Origin: Balanoglossus misakiensis
Taxonomy: Eukaryota > Animalia > Hemichordata
Assembly (NCBI GenBank): GCA_040954595.2
Contig: CM082593.2
Span: 2,019,830 to 2,083,829 of the forward strand
Direction: 5' to 3'
DNA length: 64,000 bases
The notes beneath the pieces are model-generated. The model was not told the origin of the DNA and searched no databases. It was given only the letters and a program-made list of their open reading frames with translations. Shown in pieces: positions 1 to 14,900 of the stretch; the first letter of the stretch is position 1; each line of letters starts with the position of its first letter. The translations under genes and the position numbers were made by a program.

Positions 1-3000
1 GCTAAGTTAACAGTAACAATTCCCTTGGGTAATATTGACACTGACACCTATAATGTTACATATGACAACATCTGGATGGCATTGTGGGCCAATCTGTGCC
101 CTACAGCCAAAGAGAGCGAACATTCTTATTCTGAACTTCACGTTTCTCTGATATCATCCAGTTGGTACTAATAGCCTTGCCACTGGACATTCCGGGCTAT
201 AGGGACAAATTTGGCCCGGAATCTGAGACACGCTGGGAAAAAATCCACATGAACAATCAGAAACAAGGACCTTCTCTCAGCTCAAAGGAAATACTGGTGA
301 TTTTTGAAGTGCATACATTTTTCCCCCCGAAGCAGTTTGTAGACGTAACTTGATTGTGAACAACAATGCCATAACTTTATACAAGGTGGCGGGGAAATTC
401 TCATAAAAACGAGAATTTTATATTCAACTGTTGACTTCTTGCGAGACAACTGTGAAATCTGGGTCAAATATCCTCAACACTGAACCTGAGCGCAATGCAT
501 GATGGGTAAACATGTCCCATTTTCCAACAAGAACGGGGAAAAATATTGTCACTGCCAGTTACACTGAAACCTGAAAACAAAAAAAAGACAGTTCCCTAGG
601 GTACACATTTTCTGAAGAATGGTTATCGCTTTATTTTTGATACAATAATAGTATTACCTACGATAATTTAAAACAAAAGATAAACACTGGCACAGCGGAG
701 ACAGTTTTACAGTACAATTTAAAACTAAGATGAACAGCCACTGTCTAATATTTCATCCTTGCTATTTATAAACACTTGGTCTGTGAAAGGGTTAAAGAAA
801 GAATTTGCCATACAGCACCGTTTTGTTGCTTTGAAAGACAACTTTAGCAGTATGCCACTTTGGGTGGATTTCAAGTGGCCTCACTCAATAGTTTGGCAAC
901 CTGTTGAGTAAAACTTCTGAGAACAGCAGACCACAATTCTCCCCAGTTTCCATTATCCAGTCCTTAATTGCCAATTGTCACATTTTGTCAATCTCCAATC
1001 AGTCTTATATGCTCCCAGTGGTTTCCATGAATACAACCTCGTGGAGGGGAAACTTCTTCAAAGAGATAAGCTGGCAACAATGCTGTCATTTCTCTTTGTT
1101 TCATTTCTTTCTTCTGCCTGCGAGTTTCAGCCTCGATGTCTATTGTGAAGGGAACAGCCCAAAAGCCCTTCTCCTCTCATCACCGCTCTGTATAACTTTT
1201 TCAACCAGTAATCCCCCTGGTAGCATCATGATAGCTTTTTCTGCCGAGGGGCAGGCTTTTCGGGGGAGGTGCGATTTTCTACAATCCTAGTCACCAGTTT
1301 TTTGTGTCATTATTTTACTTTACAGAGGAATTCAAGATGGCTACACCTAACAAATTAGTGCTTTTCAACTTCAAGAATTCTAATTACTGGTTGCGAACAA
1401 TTTACAACTGCAAAAGAAGTTGGCACAATGCATTGATACAAATTTCACCAGGAAAGTCAGAAGATTCCAATGTTCTTTCTTCAAACTGAGATTTTACATG
1501 TACAATGCTTCATTTGAAATGTTACATCCATAACTTCTAAAACTGTTTAAAATTGTTTGTTTTTTGCATCTGTTGCATTTTCTCTCGTTTCTTTAAGGTG
1601 TTTTGGGTCTAATCTTTCAACGATGACCAGAATAAGCTAACCATTGGGCTTAAATTGTGAAGAGTTTTGAAACAATGGATGAGAGCGGAGCAGCAGTGAA
1701 AAGCTGAACCAGCTTGTTGATCCAGGTGTTTGCAATAGAGATGGACACAGTAGCAATGGTCAAACAGAAAGAAAGAGAGAAATTCTTAGAATTCAACAGC
1801 AAACACTAACTTAAGGTTCTTTTTTCTAAATCTACTCAGTTAATTCAAAACAAATAGTACCCACTCAACCCAAGCTGAAGCATCTTATTTTGACAATGAA
1901 ATATGCACCGAACAAAACAGCGAAATCCTCTGCACTTTCAAAATACGCTGTTGACCAGTTTACATGTTCTCGTTTTGCACAAGGAATGCAGATAATTGGT
2001 TTATCGTGAATGTCAGTGTGTTCACTGGTCGAAGACTCGCTGTTTTTATTTTGAAACTTGAATGGTCGAGAGGGAAATGTGCAGAACAGCTGTGTCAAAT
2101 GCATTTCAAAACACAACACCAAAAGTCTTTGACAACTTCCACAGCATAAGAATTACAGGTCCCTGGATGAAGAGATCATCCACAAAGGAAAGTTTGGGGG
2201 ACTTCATCAATTTTAAGGGACCATTCAAAAATAATACACAGGGGAATATACCTTGACTACAGCACAGAGGCAAAGACCCAGTACGAAATTCCCCTTCTGT
2301 ATAGAAAGACCAATGCCTATTAGCGATATAATTTATACAACCATCAATTCAAACGAAAGTATGTGATAAATTGTCTCTCATTCTTTCTGAAGACTACAAC
2401 TGGGACTCATTTATTTCTCTTTATTCTCCAAGTTTCTCCTCGGATGAAAACAGTTAGACTGAACACTGAACACACACAAAGGCGACTTTTTGTGTCTTTT
2501 TGTGAGAGCTGACAGAAATAAACAGAGCCGACATGACTGGACCACCTCAGGTAGTGGAGTCGTTTTTCTGTGCGGTGCGAAAAAACAAAACAATGCCTGT
2601 ATGTTTTAAGGTTTAAATTGGCGGTGCATTCATGGGCTATAGTTATAACAGCAGTTTTGTGCATACAAGAAATTCCGCCGGTGCTACTTCAGTAGGCCAC
2701 TTTGCATCGGTCAGAGAAAGACCGGTCTTATTTGTTTACCTTTTGTGACTGTGTGCCTTGAAAGGGGCCAACAGCAAACGTAAACTCCCGTGAAAAGACG
2801 CCACAACTTGGAGGTTGGACGAGTGTATAGATGTGAAGCTAGCGAGAAAAGTCTTCAATTGATGTCTGCCGATATAACATCAACATTCAATGAGCCTTTA
2901 ACAAAAGAATGCATCTAGCCGACATGTAATGTGAGTCATATGTGAAATGCTTAGCCTTTAACTGTCCATGGATGACAACAATTTCTTTGAAAGTGGCCTT

Positions 3001-3278
3001 TCTAAAATTTCTACGATTCTTTTCGCGAGTTCTGACCTGTTGTGTTAGCCAGGTCACATCACCAGGCCACAACTTAGCTGCTGACAGATTCGTTCAAGTT
3101 GCAAACTACATCAGCAGTGGTCTGGAACCAGCTCCAACGTGCAGAAAATTGTGTTTTGGTAAAACACCAAAATAATGTGAACTTACACCATCCTCCAAGC
3201 CTAACAGAACAACCTTCCTCATTGGCTGAGCTAAGTGATGAGGAAAAGAGCCACAGCATACGAACAGCATGCTGTGAA

Positions 3279-3308
3279 ATTCATTCATTCATTCATTCAT
3301 TCATTCAT
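3279..3308. repeat. (ATTC)n microsatellite
   Basis: About 7 consecutive ATTC units. Confidence 0.9.
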
Positions 3309-6300
3309 CAGATATGCCTGTAATGCTCAAAGATTGGAATACACACACACGCTTGCAACTTTCAAAGCTTTCGACAAAACACACAACTCAAACAAGACAA
3401 GTGGTGTAAGAAGTCACATTTTCTCAGCTACATGGGAGGGTTGGGATGGAAGCGACATTAAACAGAAAACGGAATCAATTTGTGCACAAAAAACAAAGAG
3501 TAATCCTAAGACTACTCGTAAACCTCACAGAGACATAATCGTTACTTTACAAAATATTCCGCCCCTTGTACCGATCACACAAATGAAATTTCGCCAAGTC
3601 CATTCAGCCAGACAGCATCATCAATCTTCCTAAGTTACTGTTGGATTAAGTGATGCACTTTATCATTATTACTGTCTATTTCGCTACATTTACCTGAAGT
3701 TTTCACTGGTCGCTTGTTATTGAACAGATCTTCCCAGCCTGTGTTGCATTCGCCTGCCTTTGGAGCCCAGATATTACTTTCTTGCAACAAAATCATTTTC
3801 AAACATTCAAAAACAACGCCAAAAAAATGAAGACAAATTGATTTGACAGTGCGGACTCTGTCAACCGGGCTTTGCCACTGCTGGGTTTTCAGTCACCGAC
3901 AATGCACTCATCAAGAGCAAGGAAGTCGTGAGGTTAATAAACGCGGCAATATTCACACGCATACTCGCACAAACACACGTAGAACCGTTATCAATAAGAG
4001 ACCTCGAGTCGGCCAGTCTACAGAGAATACAACACTTTCAATCAGACTTCATGAGTAGTTATTACAGGAGGTCCATCAAACAGAACAATGTGGCCAATTT
4101 TGCATTTCAAAGCCTACGGCACGACAGGAAGTGGTAATGGTCCCCCGCCAGACAATGGGGCTCAATATTCGAGAAACAGAGTGAATAAAAAATGATCTGA
4201 TGTCACGATAACACACAATGGTCGGAGAATCATACAACATACAGCTCCTGTGGCTTCAGATTGCCAAAATACCAACACAAGAATGATACTAGTGTACTTC
4301 CTGCGACTAATATTAATACTCTATACAAGCTATGAAAAGAGAAAGAAAGAAAAAGGGTACCATAAGAGCTTTTTTTAACGATTAATTTTCGTTTTTGTTA
4401 TTGGATTACGGTACAACAGGTTGGCTGGACAGAGGGTTCATTGTCGTGCTTTAAGTAGGGCCAGCCGTGGGGTCACCAACCTCTGACGTCAGTTCTGCTC
4501 AGCAGGGAGGTTTTTTTTTCTTGTGGGTTCGCCCGATGAAAGAACAGGTACGATGCAGAAAAGAAACGGGCAGGGCAAGGAACGTCAGGGAACCGGGTCA
4601 AAACAATGGCCGAGCAGGAGAAGGAAATGTGGCGGAGAAAAACACAGGAACTGCTGCGAGTTTTGGTTTAACCACTGAGTGATGCGGTGAAGGCCAAAGA
4701 ATTTCATTTTGTGGTTTGAAGTAGCTGGCAAGGAACCAACACCAAGACATTTTTATGGTTCAAACTGACTCTAACAGGTGGCTATTCACAGCCTCATCTG
4801 TTGCTTATCAAACTTTGCTTATTTTTTGCACATGCAGCTATTAATAGTTCAGCCAAGCCTACATAACCAAAAGTTAGATTATCAATTCCTGATCAGCAAT
4901 AAAGTCTAAGAGCCAACTGATTGTCTGGACAGCTTGTCCATTACTCTCAGCTTGTATTTAAGCTGTGTAATGCAAGGTGTATTGTGATTGGTCAGACACA
5001 CGGGTACATGACTCCTGATTGGTCATGTCAGTGATGAATTAACCAATCAGAGAATTGAGCCAATATCTTGAAGAGCTTCCAGTTCCAGCATGCCTCTCTT
5101 AATCATATAACACGTCTCTTTGGACCAGGCTGAACTTGTTATTAATAGACTGCCTCTGGAGTTGTAACATAGTCAAACCAATCCATTAGTCCAATCCCAG
5201 TACATCAAAGAAGAAAGTTGCCGACAGTTCAAATTTATATTACACAAATGCAAGCTCCATCTTTTGAATTATTGCTTTTTTCTTCTAGTTTGTAAAAATA
5301 GCTTTATCAAATTGAACAGAGCATATTAAGTGTTCCTTGTGTCTATTAATGGAAGAGTCCCTAGGGTCATTGTTTTGTCATCGAAGCGTCCAATTATTAG
5401 ATTAATTCATGACTAATTAACATAATGGTGGATGACAAGATAATACTTGTTCGGTCAATCCATCATTGAACACAAGCCAGGATATGGAGCCATTTACTGA
5501 ATAAACATATATAAAGGATTTTTCATTTTTAACAAAATACATATTTCAAACATTTTCATATTGTTTGAGTTGAAAACGAGTTCCTGGAATCAGAGGGGTT
5601 CACAGAATGATCCTTCGCACTTGTTATCAAAGTCTCAAATCTCTAGTGTCAAGCTTTCTGTGATCATGAAGTGTTCAATGTAATGAAACTAGAGCGGCAA
5701 CCCCTTTACTGACAGACTTCAGATACAATCATCATCAATTCGCTGCCGTGGTGATGCAGTTTGTCATTTGCATCCGTTGAACTGATTTAAGGTGATGACA
5801 TTTGGAAGTAGGTGGCAAATATTTATTCTGAAGCTGACAGATCTCTCTGAAAATATGAGATATACTTTCACTTGAGTTTATGTAAAAGACTGGAACATCT
5901 GTCCTACGAATGGTCATGAAAGAGACATTGACCAACATCATTCACTCTGTAGAACCGCCGTTTATCAACATTTACAGCAAAGTATGTGGCTTCTGTAACT
6001 CGACAACACACTGCAGTCATGAAAACACCTATTTCACAGACATTCTGGGAGAGGTTATAAATTCTAGAGTTTTCCAGGCGATGTGCGAACCTTGCACATC
6101 AAGGCTACGTGGGAAACTGATGATGGGTGTAATGACTCCTTCTAGTCGATTGATGAACAACAAACGACAACAAACGACAACACCGCCCACAACAGAACAC
6201 ACTCGGCTACTTGATCTAAGTGGCCGTCGCTGTTGTTACCAAAACCTCACCAATGATCACAAGAAAACTCCCACCGTTGTTACCTTGTATTGACAGCAGA

Positions 6301-9300
6301 GCAAAACAAGATCAGTATCAACACGGCCAATGACTATGTGGTGTTGTTGCATCAAATTTAGCGAAAAGTCTGGGATTTATGCAAATAAGGGACGCACCAC
6401 TTAACATCTTCAAAAGCGCTCTAATTTCGGCTAAATACCTGGTAACTTTTGCATTTCCTCAGAAAAAAATTTGTAAGGTAAAATTGCCTGCTGTTGTCAA
6501 TGCCGAGAGCACTGATAATTATCATTCTATAACAACGTGAACAAACCTTGCGGTCTTGCGACATTCTAAGGAGAATTTCTTTTTTAAATGTTGATCACAC
6601 AGGTTTGCAAGACTATAAAAAGCACCCTGGAACAGGTTGATGTAACACTTTTCCCCTCGCTTCAAAAGGAAGAAGAACGTTTCGGGTATCCCTTGGGCCA
6701 TGCATTCAATCTTTAATCAAAGGTTAGCAAACAAACCTGTGCAAATAAACAGCGAAAGTTACTTCAGACAAGGCTGCAGAGTTGCCGTAAATCACACAGC
6801 GATGTGACAAGAACAAAACAATGGCTGACTTTGTCAGCCTTGTTGTCACTGCCAAAGAATACGCACCGACTTCACACAAAAAAAGCTCACAGGGTACGCT
6901 ACACATGCTTGAGCAGTTTTGGCAACGACACGATAGCACGTAAAAAGAAAATGCTTTCCCCATTAAAGTAGGAACTGTCAGCAACAGCATTTACTACTAA
7001 TAAGCTGTCTATTCAACGAGCAAATGGTCTAACAAGTAGGTGAGTTTTGTCTGCTTCCTTCCAAAAAGATTTAATATACTCAAACCGCCTCATTTCCATC
7101 CCTGCTATTGTAATGTGGCAAGCTTATCCTCTGCACAAACTTTCCATTCCACAGCCAGGTGTTCTGACAAGTATGTGATTCTTTTTTAAATTCTCGCCCC
7201 AAATGATTAAATTTATAGCTAACTGCCTCACCCACTAAGGGAAACTTGAGTTCATCTGCTGAATCAAGGACTAGATGGTCAAAGGTTGCAAGCTTAGTAA
7301 TCGGGAGCAAAAACTAAACCATTTTTTTGCATCTGATCTTCATACTGAGCTGTTAAGAACTCAAATCTTAGGAGTTATTCATTTTTTGAAACATCATCAC
7401 TTTTTGTATATAATTCTCGTACTCATAAATGGCCTTGTCTAGTTAGCAATTCTACTTTGCAAGAAAAAAAAACCTTACAGAGGAACACAAAATGCAGGAT
7501 GCACATAGGAAGTTAAATCGCTCACCTTTTTTACTATTCGGATGGAGCTCCATGAAAGAAACGACTGAGTAAGCATTTATTGTTATTATTGCATCGCTTG
7601 GTTGCTAGGGACACGAAAGATTTGTTTGAATGATTCATGAAAAGACTCCATCATTTCACGAGAAACGGTACTTTCAAACATTCAAAATCTATAATTTATT
7701 TCCATTCAAAACAGAACCATGTAGTGTACTCGTCTGGAAAAACACTCACCTGTGGCCATAATCTGAAGAAATTAACAGACATTAAAATACACATTAGGAC
7801 TTTATAACCATTTGACATTTCTAACAGGAAGTTGTAATTTCAAATGGGAATGTTTAACTCACCAAGGAAATTGCCTGTTAGAGGATTATGCAGTGTCTAT
7901 GATTTTCAATAAAATACATCTATGTTACATAAGGACAAGTAGCCGAGTTATGATTACCCTCCATCTTTCCAGATGTTGGATAACTGACGGAAATGCCATT
8001 AAAAACATTACGATGAGATGCACTCACCACAACTTATGTCTTCAGCACAGGATGAGAGTGTGTTTTGACACACCTGTTATCCTGTTGTCAGACACTGTAC
8101 GGAAATTCTGTTTATAAAAAGTGACTGCCCAAAATCTGTATCACTATCAGACATCTGCATCACTGAATTTAACATGTCGCATTCAACTTTTAAAATAAGT
8201 TTTAAAATTTGATCATTCATTGCAGACAGTTCGGCAAACTGGCCTGGTTTTCTGCGTGGATCATTAAAAAAGATAGAAACGAGAGAAGAAACCAGGAAAG
8301 TTATCCACTCCATCGACCAATCACTTATTATTCTACAGTTATACCTGGTTCAAATCTGACCAAGCTTTTTCAGTTCAAAACAAAACGATAATAGTGGAGG
8401 AGATCCCTGATCAGATCCACGGCGTGACGCCAAAAACCACCGCATGTCACCAAAAGCTTTCTCTCCAAGTATTGTCTACAGCTTGCTACTGATGTGCTCT
8501 GTTGACCTAAAATCTGCAGAGCTCTTCAGTCTTTTTTCGCTTCGGGTTTTTATTTGTGACCAACGCCCTCTTGTTTGTGAACAGAACAATCCTTGTATTG
8601 TGTCGACACTCCGATGATCACAACTGGAAAACTTGTTGTAGGCTGCTGACGTTTTTTTCGACCGTTCAGAACACACTTCTGTGACATCAAGAAATACGTT
8701 CACCCTTTTGTCTCGACTGCATTTTGGTTCAAACTTATAATTTTCCATTGAATACACTGACAGGGAAATGGGTTGGGCTATTGAACCAGAAAGGTCCCCA
8801 TGTACCTGTGTGGCATGGATGAACCCACAAATAAACTGCACGTAGTGAAATCTTTGGAGTGTAACAAGGGGGGGGGGGGTACATAACATGAAGGAGGAAA
8901 ATTGCATCTACGGGAAGCTATAGTTTCTCTTGTACAAAAATACAATCAAAAACACTTCAACTGAAGAAGCAAAAATCTGCTGACTTTGCCATCCAGATAT
9001 TATTTCAAGGTGACAGTGCCCCAGAATTTGTTGACTTACATGTACATGTAGTTTATCAAGATTGTTTGCGCTGGTAATACCAGTAATCAATTTTGATAAA
9101 ATTTACCCAGTATGACGACAAATTTCAGTTCATCCATCCACATATTAATCTGTAATTTGTTTGCTTTTTGATAATTTATGTCAGAACTAATATGCTTGTG
9201 TACTGTCAGTAGAAACATAATATTAAAACACATATACTTCAAGATTTTTATGTTGTTTAATTCATGACTAAACCAGCAGTTTGCTAAACGGATTTACAAA

Positions 9301-11905
9301 ATACACAATGAATCAACCGCTAATGAAAACCTCAAAAGCTATTTTTCAATATTTAATTCAAAGATCAATTAATCTTCTTAGTATTAGCTGATTTATTGAA
9401 AAATTTAACCTTTATGTGGATTTATTGTTTATGTGTTATGCATAGCGCTGTTGATGATTAAAATCAACAGAAATGTATGTACAATTTTTTTATCTGTTTG
9501 CATTCTCAGTAAATCTCACTTTCTGTTCAAACACTGTTTCATTTGCGAAAGTCGGACAAGTCACCCAAGGGGCTGCTGTCGTCATTTAAATCTCCGAACT
9601 ATAAATTTAGTTACTTTGTTTACGTTATTAAAACCTACAGCTCGTAACTTTTATACTGGCATATTGGGTTGTGTGGGTTGCAAGTTTTTATCTCACTCTG
9701 GTTTCTTTCCAGCCACAGCGACAAGACCCCAGGAGCGACTTGAAAAGTCTGCACCAGTCGTATTTGACAAGCAATTGTCGAGCGAAGAAAGGGATGCAAC
9801 AATAGACAATACAACACAACGGCAAAGTTTTGACAGCGGATTTCAAAGGTTCAGCCGGGTGACAACACTTCGCTTTACCTATTTTCTAGAATTGTAAGAA
9901 GAGTAAACCACTGAGTGCTGGTGTTTCGTGACTTGTATTCGCATCTAGTGACTTAATTTTGAAGTGGAGAACAGAATTATGACTGTCCAGGGGTCCAAGC
10001 AAAATCCTCGGCCTCGAAATTGAGATTGCAGGTGGCATGCAACTGCCAACTAGTCACACTGCCCCCTCCCAACACTTGCTTGTACTCATAATTGTTTGAG
10101 AATCATGAAGAAGAATGACGATTACTCAGACACCGGATATGCTAACGCAACAACAGATAGGACACTGGAGATAGTTATTCAATTTTTTTCATCAGACTAC
10201 CCCACAATGAATTGTCACGCACTGACCAGACAGACAGGCAAAAACAAATTAGACCTGACTACATTGGGTATCTGGGGACTCTAGAATGCCGACTCCAAAT
10301 TTTCTGGCACCATCAGACGACTGAGAACCATCAGTCATGTCAGCGTCCAAGATAACATAAACTCATCATCCACACGGTCTCATTAACTTCCCCAGGTGAA
10401 TGTTGACACTGTCAGTTCATTTAGTGATACGACGACAGTAAATGAACACTGACGCCACAACTTGCTTGGATCCCTCTCCTCTCCAATCATGGATCTGTCA
10501 AAATCTTACAAACACTAGAGGTCACAGTGAACCTGTATGCTTTTGAGTAGTAAAATGTCTTTAGTTTCTGGTTGACTCGGACCTTAAAGATATTCTACTT
10601 CCGTCAACATAGTCTTCAGCGGTGAATGTATAAGAGTCGGAGTGTTTTGGGTGTGTGTTTTTTGCATGGCCACACAAATGAAATTCTGTGATTGGCTGAA
10701 TCTCAATCGTCCATAAACAGTGGCTTACTAGAAAGATGGTCTGCTCTTGCATGAAAACTGCTGGTAAAAATGAGATATGCTTGACTGCAGTACCCTGAAC
10801 TTTGCGTTGCAGTCTGCATATGTGATAACGCCACGGTATAGGTTGGAAATAGCTATTTAATCAGTTTATTACTAACCCTTTGTGAATAAATCACCATGAC
10901 ATAGCGAGATAGTCTGAAAAGGCCCCACACTAGTCCGCCTTAATTCATATTTGATGAATTACATGTTCTCATTTGAAAATAAAAAACACAATATGGCCGA
11001 CAACATCGGCTGTAGCCATCCTTTCTGCATGATGTGAAGTTATATTTATGGAACCCTAAATTGAAATGATGAATTGTGTTCAGTCCCCTGCTGAAAATCT
11101 TTTTTTTTCCACTTTAATACAAAATGATGAGTTGTGGCGCAGTCATGTGGTGAAAGCGAATCCATCATTTTACAGATGTAGGGCAGCGATCAGAATTTAC
11201 TGCAGATAAGTTCAAACAGGCCTATAATTTCTGGTAGTCTGCAAAATGCATAATTACAAAATTACATAATTTAGAATCACTTATTACCGTGGTAACTGTA
11301 TTAGCAAATATCAGGCCAAGTACTACCTCATCAGTCATTACAGTCTCTGTGAATAATTTATTTGGTAATCTGTTGTTTTTTAAACTAATTTTTCAAAACT
11401 TCATCACATGTAATAAATTGCACTGCACAGTCTAATAATTTCTTGTCTGTGTTGTGTCAGTTTTTATAATGGATTACATTAGCCTAGGGATTAGCTGTGG
11501 CTTATATTTTATTTCTGACTCTAAGCTGTGTTGCTTGATTTGGAGTTATGTTTATATGTAGATTTATTGTATTTAGATATTTCTGTTGGTAGGTACCCTC
11601 TGAGTCAACTGAGATTGGTTTCTAAGGCGAGACTGGCTTTCTATGGTGATGGTCATTCATGAGTGACAGAACCCACCTGGTATAAGCCTTGGTAATCACA
11701 GGTAGCAAAGCACCAGGTGGCATATTCAAATCACTTCAATTGAATCATACAAATTATATGCATTAACACAGTAACCAATAAATTTGTTGTTCCATACCTA
11801 GCTAGTGTCCAACCACATAGCAGACTATATACCCAGAGGTACATGTATGCATCAGTGATGAAGACCAGCTAGATATTGGCCACTTGGATAATCTCTGACA
11901 CTTAC

Positions 11906-11975
11906 CTTTCTTGGATTTCGCCCCTATTTTCAACTTGGAAGGCCATGTGATATGTGTATCTGTTTCTACCATTAT
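11906..11975 (-). CDS. BICC1: BICC1 coding exon 3 (70 nt)
   Basis: Encodes IMVETDTHITWPSKLKIGAKSKK; acceptor aaacag|ATA, donor AAAG|gtaagt. Confidence 0.93.
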
Positions 11976-14900
11976 CTGTTTGGATACCATGCCAACCGAT
12001 GCATTTCCATGGCGATGATACGATGATATAATAAATGATGAGTGTCCATATGGTATCACCAGCCAACAAGAAGAGAGAGAGAACAAAAAAACAAGTTCAG
12101 AAATAATATGACTGATCTCACATCGACCTGTGACAAGGTCATTGCTGTGGGATATTAATCAATTTGATCAAGTTGTGCACTGCCCATGTACTTGCAGTGT
12201 TTCATCTTGAAAGAATGATCGGGTGATAAACCATCTATTGACATGTTGGCACCCCCTAGCAGTTTGTCAAGAGGAGACCAGAGCCACATCAAATGATGCC
12301 AATCACATTGAGTTTTGTTGGAGTCCACAGAAAAAATTATTTTTCTCTTTCTTTGAATAGTTCAATTCTTCACAATCAAATTCTTTTCCCTTTTCATGCT
12401 GAACGTTTTATCTCCAAGGGAAATATTGACTGCCCTGATTCGGAATTTTCCGGGAAATTTATCACAGCATTCAAAGCTTCACAGAAAGCCTGAAGGAAGG
12501 TAATGGCAGACATAAAGAACTAAAAGCTAGCGGTAAATTCTCCTTTATTAAAATAAATGCGTCAGAGGTGTTGTTTTTCTATTACGTCTCCTCTCACTAA
12601 AGATCTGCAATGCTACCTATGGGAGACATCAAGCTGATCTGTAAGTTCAGCGACTCTTGTCTGCATCTTAATTTTTATTTATTTCTCATTATCGCCGTTT
12701 TTCTCCGTCTGCTTGACATTTAGTACACAGTGCCCTTCAGAACCTTACCAATATTTTTCTACTTTTCCAGTAAAATCTATTCAGTTTTTAAATTGCTGGA
12801 TTAAAAATGAAACGACAATCGCTCAGAAGGGGAATGACTTTTATAGAAAGGAAAAAAATTGGTCAATGATGGTTCCAGTTTACAATTTACCATACAGTCT
12901 GTGGGAATTATATGATGAGCATTTCAAAGGTTCCAATTCTAACACACATGTAGGAGTCCCAGCACTACCAGGGGTACTATTGCCACAGGAAATTTTCCAA
13001 CCCTGGATAACACTCAAGGAATTACCAAGGGTTGCATCACTGCATAATAGCCATTGCACCATTTGGCTATTCAAACAGCCAGGGGGCAAAACACAGCTAC
13101 TCACATCCATCAGTGCAGAAGCATGCTGTGTGTTTGAACACAAAAAATACACCATCCTGTTTTTTCCAGGAAAATCGACTTCCAGAAGCCCTTAATAATC
13201 ATCTACAGCTAATCAGCTAGCCCCACAGTCCATGTTACAACGACTTCACACAAGAGGACTTAAGATATTTTTCTTGTGTGGAAACTTTTTTGACTATTTT
13301 GAAAAATCTTATTTCGGAGGTGCCATTTTTTATTGAGATTGCAAATGTGACACTTGGCTGTCTTTCATGCATCTGTCTATCTCATACAGACATCATATGA
13401 TTATCTGCATGTCATCGGTATCAATGGCATGTTTCATCAAATCTGATGCAGTAACTCTGGATTAATAGCAATAACTGCACCACTTTGTTAAACATTGGAC
13501 AAAGTAAACAAAACAAAACATTCATTACTGAGAAAGTAGGTTCTAAATAACCCTGTCAATCAACATGGAGGCCAACAATATTTTAATAACAGCTTTGACT
13601 GTCAATCCAGATCACAAAACGCACATGACAATAACCTTAATAAGACACACTGATTTCCATTATAACACTTGAAGCTAACAAAAGGAAAAATCAAACATTT
13701 CTCTCTCTTCTTCATCATATTTCCAAGCACTAAACCATTAACTCCCAAGGTTAAAAGGTTCTTCACACAAATTTCTAAGGATATCCGTAAAAATGGTGGC
13801 AATGTTCAATTTGTTTGAACAAGTTGCTGGGTTACATTTAAATACATCACAGGTCTATTAGGTTTCCACAAAGACTGTATTTGTTCAACTGAACTGAAGG
13901 TGAAAGAGACATGGTGACCTTATTTTGGTGAGTGTGAACTTGAGAATGAAAGTCAAGTTTACACTACAGTTGCCTTTAGAATGGCCTCAACAAACTTGGG
14001 GTGGAATTTCAATACCATGAAAGCCCTCCACTCTTCTATTCTATTCAGCGCCAGTAAACATGGTCTGTGAACCAAAGGCCAATATCTACACATGCTGCAG
14101 AGAGGCTTAGCTTTGTTTAAAAGCTGTTTGTGAAACTGAAAAATATAGGCCTTGTCAACTGTACAAAGGTAAACTTCTTCAGGGAGACGATGAGACAATG
14201 GGTCTATGAAAACCAAGACTCTGACCAGAGAGATTGGACATCATTTTTGACCCTCTACACTGGACGTTACTCTGCGCAGGTTCACCTGCTCTGTCTGTTC
14301 CGGGATTATTCATAAAAGACGCTAAATCTTTCTCCTGGGCGACTCAATCTTTAGCAGCTACATTCTGAAATGAAAAACTGTAAATCTCCGTGGTAAACTG
14401 CTGTCAACTCAATCCTTCGGAACTATGTTCGCAAATGACATGCCCTAAATCTTTCTCTGATCTTTACAAAACTGCTGTCAGCTCTGTTCCGTAGAAGCTT
14501 ATTTCAACTTTAACGACATCATAAAATGGTACTTAATATTAGATTAATAAGGTTGGTGTCTTTGGTCCTTACTTCTATCCAATAACTGCAAGTCTCTAAA
14601 TCGACTGTCAGTCATCAAACAGACTTTACTGCTATAAAATTGTGAACTGAACAGTCACTTTCAAATTCCAAAGATCATCTGTGAATGAATAAAAGTTTCT
14701 CAAACATTCGATGACTAAAATTAAAATCTTCACAAACATCAACACTTTCCAGGGCTGTTCAGACCCCAAAGACCGAAAGTTATAAAATGGACAGACTTGA
14801 TTGGTTAAAACTGATCACATGGGTCAGACGAATACACATGTGACAATTGAACAGTAGCACTGCCATCTCTGACAGACATTCTCATTGGATAAATCTTCTT

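Noticed and set aside
162-11800. ORFs of 60-154 aa (e.g. 904-1290, 3235-3633, 5910-6293, 8476-8907, 9433-9897)
   Set aside because: No recognisable domains, many start at non-ATG codons, composition typical of random AT-rich frames, no consistent splice chain. Treated as BICC1 intron 3. BICC1 exon 4 (DPHIKV..) was looked for and not found.
12713-13195. 160-aa + strand ORF and overlapping minus ORF
   Set aside because: No motif similarity; lies in BICC1 intron 2; length within chance expectation.
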